Positions 36,001 to 47,834 of a DNA stretch of 64,000 bases are shown in pieces; the first letter of the stretch is position 1; each line of letters starts with the position of its first letter. The notes beneath the pieces are model-generated. The model worked only from the letters and a program-made list of their open reading frames with translations, ran no database searches and was not told where the DNA came from. The stretch spans positions 7,254,001 through 7,318,000 of the forward strand of contig CM069142.1 of the NCBI GenBank assembly GCA_035221665.1, written 5' to 3'. The stretch is from Okamejei kenojei. Lineage: Eukaryota. A program made the position numbers and the translations under genes.

Positions 36001-37811
36001 TCGATTGGATCATCGGTTGCCTGGATGTGTTTCATGGGAGCCAGATTCTGGGGCAGTAGCAGTGGATGCATTTTCGCTGCATTGGGGAGGAATGTTTGTG
36101 TATGTATTTCCTCCATTCTGTCTCATCAGCAGGTGTTTGCAAAAGATCAAGGAGGACTCCGCTTCAGGGGTATTGGTAGTGCCAGATTGGCCTACACAAG
36201 CATGGTTTCCCGTTGTATTACAAATGGCTAGGGAGCCTTACATGCTTATGCCCAAGAATAAAAAATCTACTGGTAAATCCAGTCACTGGGGATCAACATC
36301 CTTTATATGATCGTATTGATCTTGTTAATTTGCAGATTTTAAGGAGGCCATACCTGGGGAGAGGACTGTCTCATCGGACTGTGGATGTTCTCATGTCGGC
36401 CTGCAGGGATAGTACACAGCAGCAATATATCACATATATAAGGAAGTGGGAGCTATTCTGCCTAGCAGAATTGCTCCCATATCACACTGCAGGGATCACG
36501 GACGTATTGGAGTTTGTCAACTCTTTATTTTGACCAAAAAAATTAAGTTACAGTGCGATTAATTCAGCCAGAAGTGCTCTGTCTTCTTATTTACCTATGA
36601 ATGAAGAATTGCATACAGTAGGGACACATCCGTTAGTTTCACGATTCATGAAGGGAGTTTTTCAATTCTAATCCTCCTAAACCCAGGTATGCCGGTATTT
36701 GGAATGTGAGTGAGGTTTTTTAAGGTTCTTCGCTAGTGGGCTCCGGTTACAAGCCTATCAGTAGCCAAATTATCTATGAAGGTGGTCATGCTTATGGCGT
36801 TGGTTTCAGCTCAACGTGTACAAATGTTGCAAAGGCTACGGCTAGATAGAATGCATGTGTCGGCTGATGCCATTGTGTTTTATGTCTATGATTTGCTTAA
36901 ACATAATAGAAGAGGCATGACAGGATGTAGGATTGTGTTTTCAGCATACCCCGCAGATGATCGCTTGTGTGTAGTCTCACATTTATCTCGTTACATTGAG
37001 ATTACTAAACCTCTGAGAGGAACAGAGTTGGCTTTGTTTATTAGTCACAAAAAAACACACAGTAAGGTGTCGGTGCAAACGATTTCAAGGTGGCTAAAGC
37101 AGGTCCTGGCAAGTGCAGGAATTGATACTGATAAATTCAAATCTCATTCCACCAGGGCGGCATCAACTTCCGCGGCAGGGGCGATGGACTTGCCAATAGA
37201 CCATGTCCTCGCGGCCGCAGGATGGTCCAGTGAGCTAACTTTTCAGAGGTTATCACAAGCCGATTTCAAGGCTCGGGGTGTTTGCAGATTCTGGTTTCAG
37301 TACTGTTACACTTTTCCCCTGAGTTAGAAGGGTTTGTTATGATTTGTTTGTAAATAAACTGTTATTTCATTTAACAAATGTATTACTGATGCATGATTGA
37401 TTGTTAACGACTTTTGAGTCAATCCAGGCAGTGTGAACGTCGGATTTGGGTCTGCGGCGTGAATTCACAGTGCTTTGAAGTCTTCACGTAGTCACTCACG
37501 TGACTCCGAAGTAAAATAGTAAGATTAAACGAGAACTTACCAGTTTGAAGTTTGATCTTTATTTTATGAGGAGTCGAGTTGAGGGACTACGTGCCCTCCG
37601 CTCCCACCCTCATAGATCTCATCTGGTAGTTCTAGTTTTATCATCTTACCGTTATACTTCAGTCATTGTTAGCTGTGAATTCACTCCGCTGCTTTGAAGA
37701 TTGACGCACCAACGGCTGTACGGGCTTCTATTCACGTAGTTCCCTCAACTCGACTCCTCATAAAATCAAAGATCAAACTTCAAACTGGTAAGTTCTCGTT
37801 TAATCTTACTA
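33031..37811 (+). mobile_element. DIRS1-like tyrosine-recombinase retrotransposon, full length, ORFs disrupted
   Basis: RT (LPNGL, YLDD) 34592-35294; RNase H (LQTD.S..GWG) 35470-35936; methyltransferase-like (DLFAS..FPPF) 35930-36310; YR (HSTRAAS) 36776-37327. Left ITR from 33031, right ITR plus extension 37702-37811, ICR ~37482-37592. Confidence 0.96.
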
Positions 37812-39984
37812 TTCCCTATTGCTTTTCCATTGACTTAACACAAAAGCTGTGATCGAGGACAGTCAAAAAGCCCATAACTTTCTAAAAAATTAAGAGAACT
37901 GAATTAAATTTTCAGTTATTATAGATTGAAACATTCTGAAACAAATATAAAACATCTTACTTGGATGACCTGAAATTAAAGCATATAATTAGTTAATTAC
38001 CTAATTATAGCTAAATTTTTAAAATGACCGTTACATAGAAACAGAGAAAAATAGGTGCAGGAGGAGGCCATTTTGCCCTTTGAGCCAGCATCGCCATTCA
38101 TTGTGATCATGGCTGATCGTCCGCTATCAATAACCCGTGCCTGCCTTCTCCCCATATCCCTTGTGATGGAAATAGTAATAAACACCCAGACTACCTTGAA
38201 AATTCAAAAATGTGATATTCTCAAGATCAGAACTTTAATATCCGATATACTTTTATATATTACAAACTCACAAACGAGTATACCAAACTTATTTTATGCC
38301 TTTATTAAATAAACTCAACGTCTCGATTAAATTCTGGAAAACACTTCCGTTATCATTAATAGGCAGAATAAATGCTATAAAAATGATCTTTTTACAACAA
38401 ATATTATATCTATTTCAATCTATACCATTATATATACCAAAAAACCTCTTAAAAAAATTAGACACTAATATTACCAATTTTATCTGGGATTATAGATCAC
38501 GTAGAATCCAAAGAAAACATCTGTGCAAACCAAAAGATATCGGGGGACTTTCACTTCCGAACTTTTTGTATTATTATTGGGCAGTGCATATTAAGAATAT
38601 AATTTACTGGTTGGACAGTTCTACCCAACAGACAGAATGGATAAGAATGGAGAAAGAGGACTGTTCTCCTTGTAATATAGGAGCGATCCTCTTCTCCCTG
38701 ATAAAACTGAACAACACAATATATAAGAATAACCCAATTATACATGATACAATAAGAATTTGGAAACAAATAAAATTATCCTTAAAATTAAGAAACCTAT
38801 CATTGTTAATGCCAATAGTGAATAATCCTTCATTTAAACCATCTCTTATTGATAAAACATATAATCAATGGGAAAGAATGGGAATTAAAAGGATCGGGGA
38901 TATGTATGAAATGGGAAATCTGTTATCATTCCAACAACTTACAATTAAAATTTAAACTGAAAAATAACCAATATTTTAAATATCATCAGATCTGTGACTT
39001 CATGAAAAAATACATACAAGGATATCAAAACATAACTTCAGAGCCATTGGAAGAAGCAAAGAACATTAAGGCTGACACAGAAATTAATATCATATTTATA
39101 TAATAGTATTTTAAATATAGATTTACCATCAACAGAGACACTTAGAGAAGAGTGGGAATGAGAATTAATGATAAAAATTAAGAAGGAAACATGGGAAAAG
39201 TATTTGATATATATACACAAATGTTCGATTAATGTAAGACATAATTTAATTCAATTTAAAATTTTACATAGATTATATTACTCAAAAACTAGACTGAATA
39301 AATTCCATCAAAATACTTCCCCCATTTGTGATAAATGTCTATCCCAAAATGCAACTATAACACACTCTTTTGTCTCCTGCATAAAACTTTATAAATTCTG
39401 GAGTGATATTTTTGAAATATTTACAAAATTATTTAAGATTAAAATGGAACCTAATACTGAAATGATTATATTTGGAGTAATGGAAGATGGGAATAAACTG
39501 AACTCATCTCAAAATTTATTTTTTAATTATGGGTTAATAACGGCAAAAAAACGTATACTTAACTTTTGGAAAAATACAACCATACCAATGCTTAAAATGT
39601 GGATTTCAAACATGTTGGACACTGCACAACTTGAGGAAATGCGATTCCTCCTAATAGATAAATCAGACCAATTTTTAACGAGTTGGTCTCCATTTGTCGA
39701 TTTTTTGGAAGCATATGGTGCAACAAAACCGTAGAAGCTAACTGTTTCAGGATTGGGTGAGGGATGGTCAAGCATATAGATAACGATCTCCTTAATCTCT
39801 TACTTTCTACTCTTCTTCTCTTTTTTTTTCATTCTCAACTTTCTTTTTTCACACTTTTTTCTTTCTCACACACTATATATCACGCATTTCTCTATCTTTT
39901 ATTTTCTCCACTCTCTTTTTCTTTTTCATTATTAAAAAAATTAAAAAATAAGAAGCTGTACATAAAATGTAATATGTCAATATA

Positions 39985-41556
39985 AAGTGGCTTGCAAAAG
40001 TATTCATACCCCTTGAACTTTTCCACATTTTGTCACGTTACAACCACAAACATAAATGTATTTTATTGGGGTTGTATGTGATAGACCAACACAAAGTGGT
40101 GCATAGTTATGAAGTGGAAGGAAAATGGTACATGGTTTCCAAATTTTATTACAAATAAAAAACTGAAAAATGTGATGTGCAAAAGTATTCAGCCCCCCTG
40201 AGTCAATACTTTGTAGAACCATCTTTCGCTGCAATTACAGCTGCAAGTCTTTTGGGGTATGTCTCTACCAGCTTTGCACATCTCGAGTCTGAAATTTTTG
40301 CCCATTCTTCTTTGCAAAATAGCTCAAGCTCAGTCAGATTGGATGGAGAGCGTCTGTGAACAGCAATTGTCAAGTCTTGCCAGAGATTCTTAATTGGATT
40401 TAGGTCTGGACTTTGACTGGGCCATTCTAACACATGAATATTCTTTGATCTAATCCATTCAATTGTAGCTCTGGCTGTATGTTGAGGGTCGTTGTCCTGC
40501 TGGAAGGTGAACCTCCGCCCCAGTCTCAAATCTTTTGCAGACTCTAACAGGTTTTCTTCCAAATTTGCCCTGTATTTGCCTCCATCCATCTTCCCATCAA
40601 CTCTGACCAACTTCCCTGTCCCTGCTGAAGAAAAGCATCCCCACAGCGTGATGCTGCCACCACCATGTTTCACAGTGGGGATGGTGTGTTCAGGGTGATG
40701 TGAAGTCTTAATTTTCCGCCACACATAGCGTTTTGCATTTAGGCCAAAAACTTCAATTTTGGTCTCATCAGACCAGAGCACCTTCCTCCACGTGTTTGCT
40801 GTGTCCCCCACATGGCTTGTGGCAAATTGCAAATGGGACATTTTATGGCTTTGTTTCAACAATGGCTTTCTTCTTGCCACTCTTCCATAAAGGCCCAATT
40901 TGTGGAGTGCACGACTAATAGTTGTCCTGTGGACAGATCCTCCCACCTGAGCTGTGGATCTCTGCAGCTCCTCCAGAGTTACCATGAGCCTCTTGGCTGC
41001 TTCTCTGATCAATGCTCTCCTTGCCCGACCTGTCAGTTTGGGTGGACGGCCATGTCTTGGTAGGTTAGCAGTTGTGCCATACTCTTTCCATTTTCGGATG
41101 ATGGATTGAACAGTGCTCCGTGAGATGTTCAAAGCTTGGGATATTTTTTTATAACCTAACCCTGCTTTAAACCTCTCCACAGCTTTATCCCTGGCCTGTC
41201 TGGTGTGTTCCTTGGGCTTCATGATGCCCAAGGAACATTGTTTGTTCAGTAATGTTCGCTAACAAACCTCTGAGGCCTTCACTGAACAGCTGTATTTATA
41301 CTGAGATTAGATTACACACAAGTGGACTCTATTTACTAATTAGGTGACTTCTGAAGGCAATTGGTTGCACTGGATTTTATTTAGGGGTATCAGAATAAAG
41401 GGGGCTGAATACGTTTGCACGCCACACTTCACAATTATGCACCACTTTGTGTTGGTCTATCACTTAAAATCCCAATAAAATACATTTATGTTTGTGGTTG
41501 TAACGTGACAAAACGTGGAAAAGTTCAAGGGGTATGAATACTTTTGCAAGCCACTG
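39985..41556 (-). mobile_element. Tc1 transposon
   Basis: TA-flanked TIRs (A/C)AGTGGCTTGCAAAAGTATTCA...TGAATACTTTTGCAAGCCACTG. Confidence 0.96.
40203..41231 (-). CDS. Tc1 transposase, uninterrupted 342-aa ORF with catalytic E changed to K
   Basis: HTH/GRPPK, WSDETK, QQDNDP, SPDLNPIKNLW (canonical PIENLW). Confidence 0.9.
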   Translation of the reverse strand: MGIMKPKEHTRQARDKAVERFKAGLGYKKISQALNISRSTVQSIIRKWKEYGTTANLPRHGRPPKLTGRARRALIREAAKRLMVTLEELQRSTAQVGGSVHRTTISRALHKLGLYGRVARRKPLLKQSHKMSHLQFATSHVGDTANTWRKVLWSDETKIEVFGLNAKRYVWRKIKTSHHPEHTIPTVKHGGGSITLWGCFSSAGTGKLVRVDGKMDGGKYRANLEENLLESAKDLRLGRRFTFQQDNDPQHTARATIEWIRSKNIHVLEWPSQSPDLNPIKNLWQDLTIAVHRRSPSNLTELELFCKEEWAKISDSRCAKLVETYPKRLAAVIAAKDGSTKY

Positions 41557-44500
41557 TATATTAGGTACCTTGGTGCCATATTGCTGTACTTACTTCTAAT
41601 AAAATAAAAATAATAAATAAAATTAAAAAAAAACTTTAATATTATTGTATAATATGCTGTAAGTCTGTAACAGATAGTTAAATAAATTACAATTTCTAGC
41701 AATAGACCAAGTCTTTATGAAGATCAGTTGCTAGCTGGTACATTGGCATATCATAATCAGTAGCATCATCATACTCCTCAGATTGTAACCAATAAGCAAC
41801 TCTGTACACCTTGTTTTTCCTCAACCTTTCAATGTTGGCATTGTAAATTACAAGTTTTTGCTCTTCAAACCACGTATGACGTGCCTTTCTGCCCACTACT
41901 TTCCCATTAAGATTGTCCTGTAGATTCCATTTTTTAAGAAATGAATTTTTTTTTTAAATAGCCTAAGTATCCAAATAACAAACTAATCCCATTCCCACAA
42001 GAATTCACAATATAACATGATTTTTAAATCTCACTGTCATGAATTTATATGCCAGATGGAAGGAATTTAATGTTTAATTCCCATAAATTATTCTAGAAAC
42101 ATCCACTCAATATAATCAAAATTATTATTTTTTTGCTCAATACATGTGACTCAAACTGTTGTGAATATTTAGTTTATAAATAATGATCATGGAGAGAGAA
42201 CAACACAAAATATAGACAATTTAGAAACGGCTTATGACATAATTGTCCAAAAAAAAGAGCATTTTAATCATCTTGCAAGTGGGTTTTTCAGGAATGTGAT
42301 CAATTGGAACGTTACATTTGTGGTGAATTTGAACCCCATATCGGCAGAAAAAACACTGCCGATTCGTATGGGGCACAAATAACATTTTTGCAACGTAAAA
42401 TTAGATTAAAGCCATCCCAAGAAGCAAGAATATATATGTAAAATACACAACTTACCCTTTGTTTTGTCCCGTTCTTGCGATCCGTCACTTTGTAGGAGTT
42501 GAGGGCCTTAGAAGTCGCGTTTTATTTTAATCCGATTATTAAATTGTCTAGCGATTTTTTTTTTTTAATATACCGGGAACGGAAGTCCGATTGATTTTTC
42601 TTCATCAGCTAGCAGCCCGAGCAAATCCACCTCCGACAGGCAGTACAAAACTGGATTTTAATCCCGCCTCCCCCCCGCCCCAAAGGCACCAAAGTTGCGC
42701 ACATGCCCAGTGGCAGAACTGCAGCGCCACTGAAGGTAAGTATTGTAACACCGCAAGACAAGGGGTCCCCGGGGATATTTTGCTTAGGTTTCCATTTTTA
42801 CATACCAATTGTTTAATATTATAATGGCGAACCATATTCTCTCTCTTTTTTTAATACAATCTTTACGTTTCCATGGATCCAAATAACACATAAATGCTGT
42901 AATGAAGCTCCCACATATATCGAAGCTTGCACATGTACTGAAGCTCCCACATGAATCTTATCCCGAGCCAGGCACGTGCCGTCAGGTAGCCAGTCAGCCG
43001 GCTTTTAAAAAAAATCTTAAACCGCGCATGCGCAGATTGTTAACATGTGAAGGTCTGTGCAGCCCACGTGCCGTCAGCGCTGCCTGAGCCGTCAGTTTCA
43101 AGGGGAGCTGAAGGCAGCTGAAATTCTGCCGTTGCAGCACTGCGCAGGTGCAGCAGCCTGATGCGCATGCACAGCGCGAGTTTCTTGGCTGGATTTTCAA
43201 ATATGGATTTGCATTATTTTAATAGTATCTTAGGAAACAAAGAGAGAAGAATGGACTTAATGTACCAATAACGTGGTAAGTGCATTTCTTAGTGCTTAAT
43301 TTTTATAAATACTGTATTTTCCGAGGTGGGGGGAGACCTCCATTCACATTGTTTAGGGAGTCTAGCGTTGTGAAGGAGGGGATTGGGGTCAGTAACCCAC
43401 TTGCCACGCTCCGGTCTGAGTGCAGGTAGATGGGACTAGGGTGAGAGTAAGTGTTCAGCACGGAGTAAAAGGGCAGAGATGGCCTGTTTCCGTGCTGTAA
43501 ATTGCTGTATGGTTTTATTGTGGCCGGGGAGTGAATTAGCTTGGTGGCTGCCGCAGCGCTCCGCGCACGGACAGCCCTGGCCGCCACTTCCGAGGAAGGA
43601 AGCAGCTCGGTGACTGCCGGTGGCCGCCGGGACCCTGCCAACTTCAGCCACTTCAGCCCCTTCTGCTGGTCCCCACTCACCGCTGGCAGTGCTCTCCGTC
43701 TGAACATCTCTCACCTGCCGCTCGCCGGCCGGCTTCCCGCAAATCTTTAAATTCCGACAGCGCGTTCACGGGACCAGTTGAGGTTACTTGGCTGTGGGAA
43801 TTTTAAGGATTTGCGGGACGTGTGAGGCTACAAATCAGGACTGCTTTGAATCAGGTTTTGTGTTCGTGTTATAGACACAAGATAAGACACATCCCCCTGT
43901 TTCCACTTTGCAAGCTGTCACAGTCAGAGAGTCATCTTTAGTCAGAGGGTGGTGAATCTGCAGATTTCATTGCCCCAGACGGCACAAAGAGGCCAAGTCA
44001 ATGGGTATTATTAAAGTGGAGATTGACAGGTTCTTGATTAGTACGGGTGTCAGGGGCTATGGGGAGAAAGCAGGAGAATGGGGTTGAGAGGGAAGCATAG
44101 ATCAGCCATGATTGAATGGCGGAGTAGATCGATGGCCGAATGGCCTAATTCTGCTCCGATGATTTATGAATTTATGAACTTATGTCATAGAACTGTACAG
44201 CATGGAATCAGGCCCTTTGGCCCATCTTGTCCAAGTCATCCATGTTGACACACTGGGCCAGTCCCACTTGCCTGCATTTGGCCCATATCCCTCTAAACCC
44301 TTTCTTATCCATATCTCCATGGTGCATTTCATAGTAGATTTATATCATAACCATATAATATTGGGCAACATGGAGGCGCAGCGGTAGAGTTGCTGCCTTA
44401 CAGTGCCTGCAATGCCAGTGACCCGCGTTAGATCCCAACTGCGGGTGCTGTCTTTACAGAGTTTGTATGTTCTCCCCGTGACCGCATGGGTTTCCTACGA

Positions 44501-44744
44501 GATCTCCCACACTAGGTGTGAGCGTGGTTGTGAGTGTGTGGGGGTGAGTATGAGACTCGGTGTGGGTGTGTGTGTGTGAGACTGGATATGAGTGTAGGTG
44601 TGAGTATGAACTGGATGTGAGTTGTAGTGTGCATGTGCATGGAGTGTAAGTGTGAGTCTGGATGTGGGTGTGTGGCGTGAGTGGCTGTGAGTGTGAGTAT
44701 GTGTATGTGTGGTGCAGTGTGTGTGTGTGTGTGGGTGCATAGTT

Positions 44745-45400
44745 ATACCTGTACATAGATACATAGACAATAGGTGCAGAGGAGGCCATTCGGCCCTTCG
44801 AGCCAGCACCGCCATTCAATGTGATCATGGCTGATCATCCACAAAGTACCCCGTTCCTGCCATATCCCTTGACCTCCCTTGACCTCTATCTAACTCTCTT
44901 TTGAATGCCTCGACTGCCTTCTGAGGCAGAGAATTCCACACACATCCACAACTCTCCACGTGAAAACGTTTTCCTCATCTCAGTTCTAAATGGCCTATCC
45001 CTTATTCTTAAACTGTGGTCACTGGTTCTGGACTCCCCCAACATCGGGAACATGTTTCCTGCATCGAGTGTGTCCAATCCCTTAATAATTTTATATGTTA
45101 CTCTAAGATCCCCTCTCATCTTTCTAAATTCCAGTGAATACACACACAGTCACTCCATTCTTTCATCATATGTCAGTCCCGCCATCCTGAGAATTAACCT
45201 CATGAACCTACGCTGCAATCCCGCAATAGGAAGAATGTCCTTCCTCAAATTAGGAGACCAAAACTGCACACAATACTCCAGGTGTGGTCTCACCAGGGCT
45301 CTGTACAACTGCAGAAGGACCTCTTTGCTCCTTAACTCAGCTCCTTTCGTTATAAAGGCCAACATGCCATTCGCTTTCTTCACTGCCTGCTGAACCTGCA
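44745..45400 (-). mobile_element. CR1 LINE 3' fragment between TG-rich repeats
   Basis: LYRALVRPHLEYCVQFW..., YSLEFRKMRGDL; (TAGA/TACA) tail. Duplicated at 63540-64000. Confidence 0.85.
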
Positions 45401-45636
45401 TGGAGTGTGGGTGTGGGTGTGAGTATAGGTGTGAGTGGAGTGTGAGTCTGATTGTGGGTGTGGGTGTGAGTCTGGCTGTGAGGGGAGTGTGAGTGTGTGA
45501 GGGGAGTGTGAGCGTGTGTGAGAGTGTGAGAGTGAGTGAGGATGTGAGTCTGACTGTGTGTGAGGGGAGTGTGAGGGAGCGTGAGTGTGTGTGAGTGTGA
45601 GTGACTGTGTGTACAATGTTACAGAGGGCAGCACTG

Positions 45637-45769
45637 GGGTGGGAGATTGCAACCTTCACGTGCTCCGCCCTGTTTCAACCTGCAATCAACCTGGTGTGCA
45701 CAATCAAATAAGATCAAGTTGTCCGACAACTTTAGGCTGTGCGCGCTAACACACACAAGAAGAAGAAGT
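45637..45769 (+). mobile_element. ~135-bp (GAA)n-tailed retroposon
   Basis: TSD AGGGCAGCACTG at 45625-45636 and 45770-45781. Homologous to 13914-14054. Confidence 0.82.
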
Positions 45770-46156
45770 AGGGCAGCACTGCCTCTTTTTCCTTCTTGTG
45801 GGGATGAGGCATTAAGTTCTTCGTCTTCCTCGTGTCCGGCCATCTTCTATATCACGTATTTCCAGTCGTCAATGACGTTGGCGTGGGCGGTTTGCACAAT
45901 TGGCTGCTTCAGTCATTCACTGTGGAACAGTTCCTGTCGTCAGCATTGCCCGGGAAGCCCCACGTGGAGGCTTCTGCTTGCATCCCGGTAACGTTCTGAT
46001 GCGCGGGCTTCCTGTGAGAGTGTGGGGCTGATCTCATCGTTTGATCTCATCTTTTTCTCGCAGCGTTTTTTCTGGATAGACTCATGAGTAAGAAGCAAAT
46101 AATTGGAATGACATGCGCGTTTATGAGTGCTGCCATATTCACGTGCCGACAGCTGT

Positions 46157-46180
46157 GAACAGGAAGAGGAACAGGAAGAG
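46157..46180 (+). promoter_or_regulatory. Tandem ETS/PU.1-like motifs immediately before the B7-like ATG
   Basis: GAACAGGAAGAG x2, with GGAA cores and GAGGAA across the junction. Confidence 0.4.
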
Positions 46181-46238
46181 ATGTTCCCACGGACAGCCTG
46201 CTTCTGTATTTTTGGAATTTTTCAACTCATATCAGCAG
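46181..46238 (+). CDS. Signal-peptide (leader) exon of B7-family HHLA2/B7-H7-like gene
   Basis: MFPRTACFCIFGIFQLISA+G, 58 nt, phase-1 donor CAG|GTAACG, in unique sequence and compatible with the phase-1 V exon. Confidence 0.8.
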
Positions 46239-47834
46239 GTAACGATCTACTTTCCTGATGTTTTGTATGGGCATTGCTAACTTGATCAGAACCTGGATCA
46301 TAGTTCAGGTTCACAATCTGTAGAACTACACAGCACAGAAACAGGTCTTTATGGGCCTGTTCCACTTATGTGACTGTTTATGCGACCGCTGGAGACCATG
46401 CAGTCACCACATCAAGAAGAGTGTTTTATTGTCTATGTCCCGGACGGACAATGAAATCCTTACTTGCTGCAGCACAAGAGAATATGTGAATATGTAAACA
46501 TAGTACATAACGTGGGAAGAGAAAGAAAAAAAAAAATCAAATGTTCAATAAATAACAAAGATAGTGCAATAATAATATAGTCTTTTGCAGCTCAGAGAGA
46601 GCTTGTTCGTGGTTGTGTTTAATAGCCTGATGGCTGCAGGGAAGAAGCTGTTTCCTGAACCTGGACGTTACAGTTTTTCAGCTCCTGTACCTTCTTTCTG
46701 AGGGCAATTGTGAGATGAGTGTGTGGCCAGAATGGTGTGGGTCTTTGATGATTTTAGACAATAGACAATCGATGCAGGAGTAGGCCATTCGGCCCTTCGA
46801 GCCAGCACCGCCATTGAATGTGATCATGGCTGATCATCTCAATCAGTAACCCGTTCCTGCTTTCTCCCCATATACCCTGATTCCGCTATCAAGCTCTCTC
46901 TTGAAAGTATCCAGAGAACTGGCCTCCACCGCCCTCTGAGGCAGAGAATTCCACAGACTCACAACTCTCTGTGTGAAAAAGTGTTTCCTAAATGCCTTAC
47001 CCCTTAAACTGTGGCCCCTGGTTCTGGACTTCCCCAACATGGGGAACATTTTTCCTGCATCTAGCCTGTCCAATCCCTTAAGAATTTTATATGTTTCTAT
47101 AAGATCCCCTCTCATCGTTCTAAATTCCAGTGAATATAAGCCCAGTCGATCCATTCTTTCATCACATGTCATCTTCTTTCATCAAATGTGGAGGGAATGG
47201 ACAGGTGATGTTCAGGACCTTCCTCAGACCCTTTGTGTTACATTTAGATCAGAGTTCTCAGAATCCCACCTCCGTTGCATACAAGAGTACTGCAAAGGCC
47301 CTTCTGCCCACAATGTATGTGCTGAACAGACCCTTATCCTATCCCTCTATTCCCTGCACCTCTATGTGCCTATCTAAAAGCCTCTTCAATACTACTGATG
47401 TATGTGCCGCCACCACCAGCCCTGGCAGCAGCTTCTGGGCACCCAACACTCTCGGTGTAAAACCTTGCTCCGCACATCCCCTTCCCATCCCCCCCCCCCC
47501 ATCACCTTATGGCTACGTTTAATATGGTTCTATGCTTAGAGTCAAGGCCAGTAGGTTCTGTTAATTTGCACGTTCTCCCTGTGACCACAAATGTCTCCTC
47601 CAGGTGCTCCGGTTTCCTCCCACATCACACGACGTGCGGGTTTGTAGGTTAACTGGCCTCTGTAAATTGTCCCTAGTGTAAAGGGAGTGGATGAGAAAGT
47701 GGGATAACATAGAACTAGTGTGAACGGGTGGTCGATGGTCGGAATGGGCTCAGTGGGCTGAAGGGCCTGTTTCCGTGCTGTATCTCTGAGCTAATGTAAG
47801 CGGATGGCTGTGAATCGTGCTCTCGTTGATGCAG

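Larger units (their letters stand above)
38242..41631 (+). mobile_element. L1-clade LINE 3' part with Tc1 inserted in its 3' UTR
   Basis: ORF2 fragments 38296-39734; A tail to 41631; TSD AACTTTAATAT at 38231-38241 and 41632-41642. Confidence 0.92.
32871..42755. mobile_element. hAT-like DNA transposon (internally deleted) hosting DIRS, CR1 tail, L1 and Tc1 insertions
   Basis: Ends CAGCAATGTTACAA ... TTGTAACACCGCA with 8-bp TSD AGACAAGG (32863-32870, 42756-42763). Short ORF remnant at 41696-41896. Confidence 0.82.
30040..45208 (+). repeat. Segmental duplication, copy 1
   Basis: Colinear and near-identical to 53560-64000 apart from the DIRS at 33031-37811 and small indels. Confidence 0.97.
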
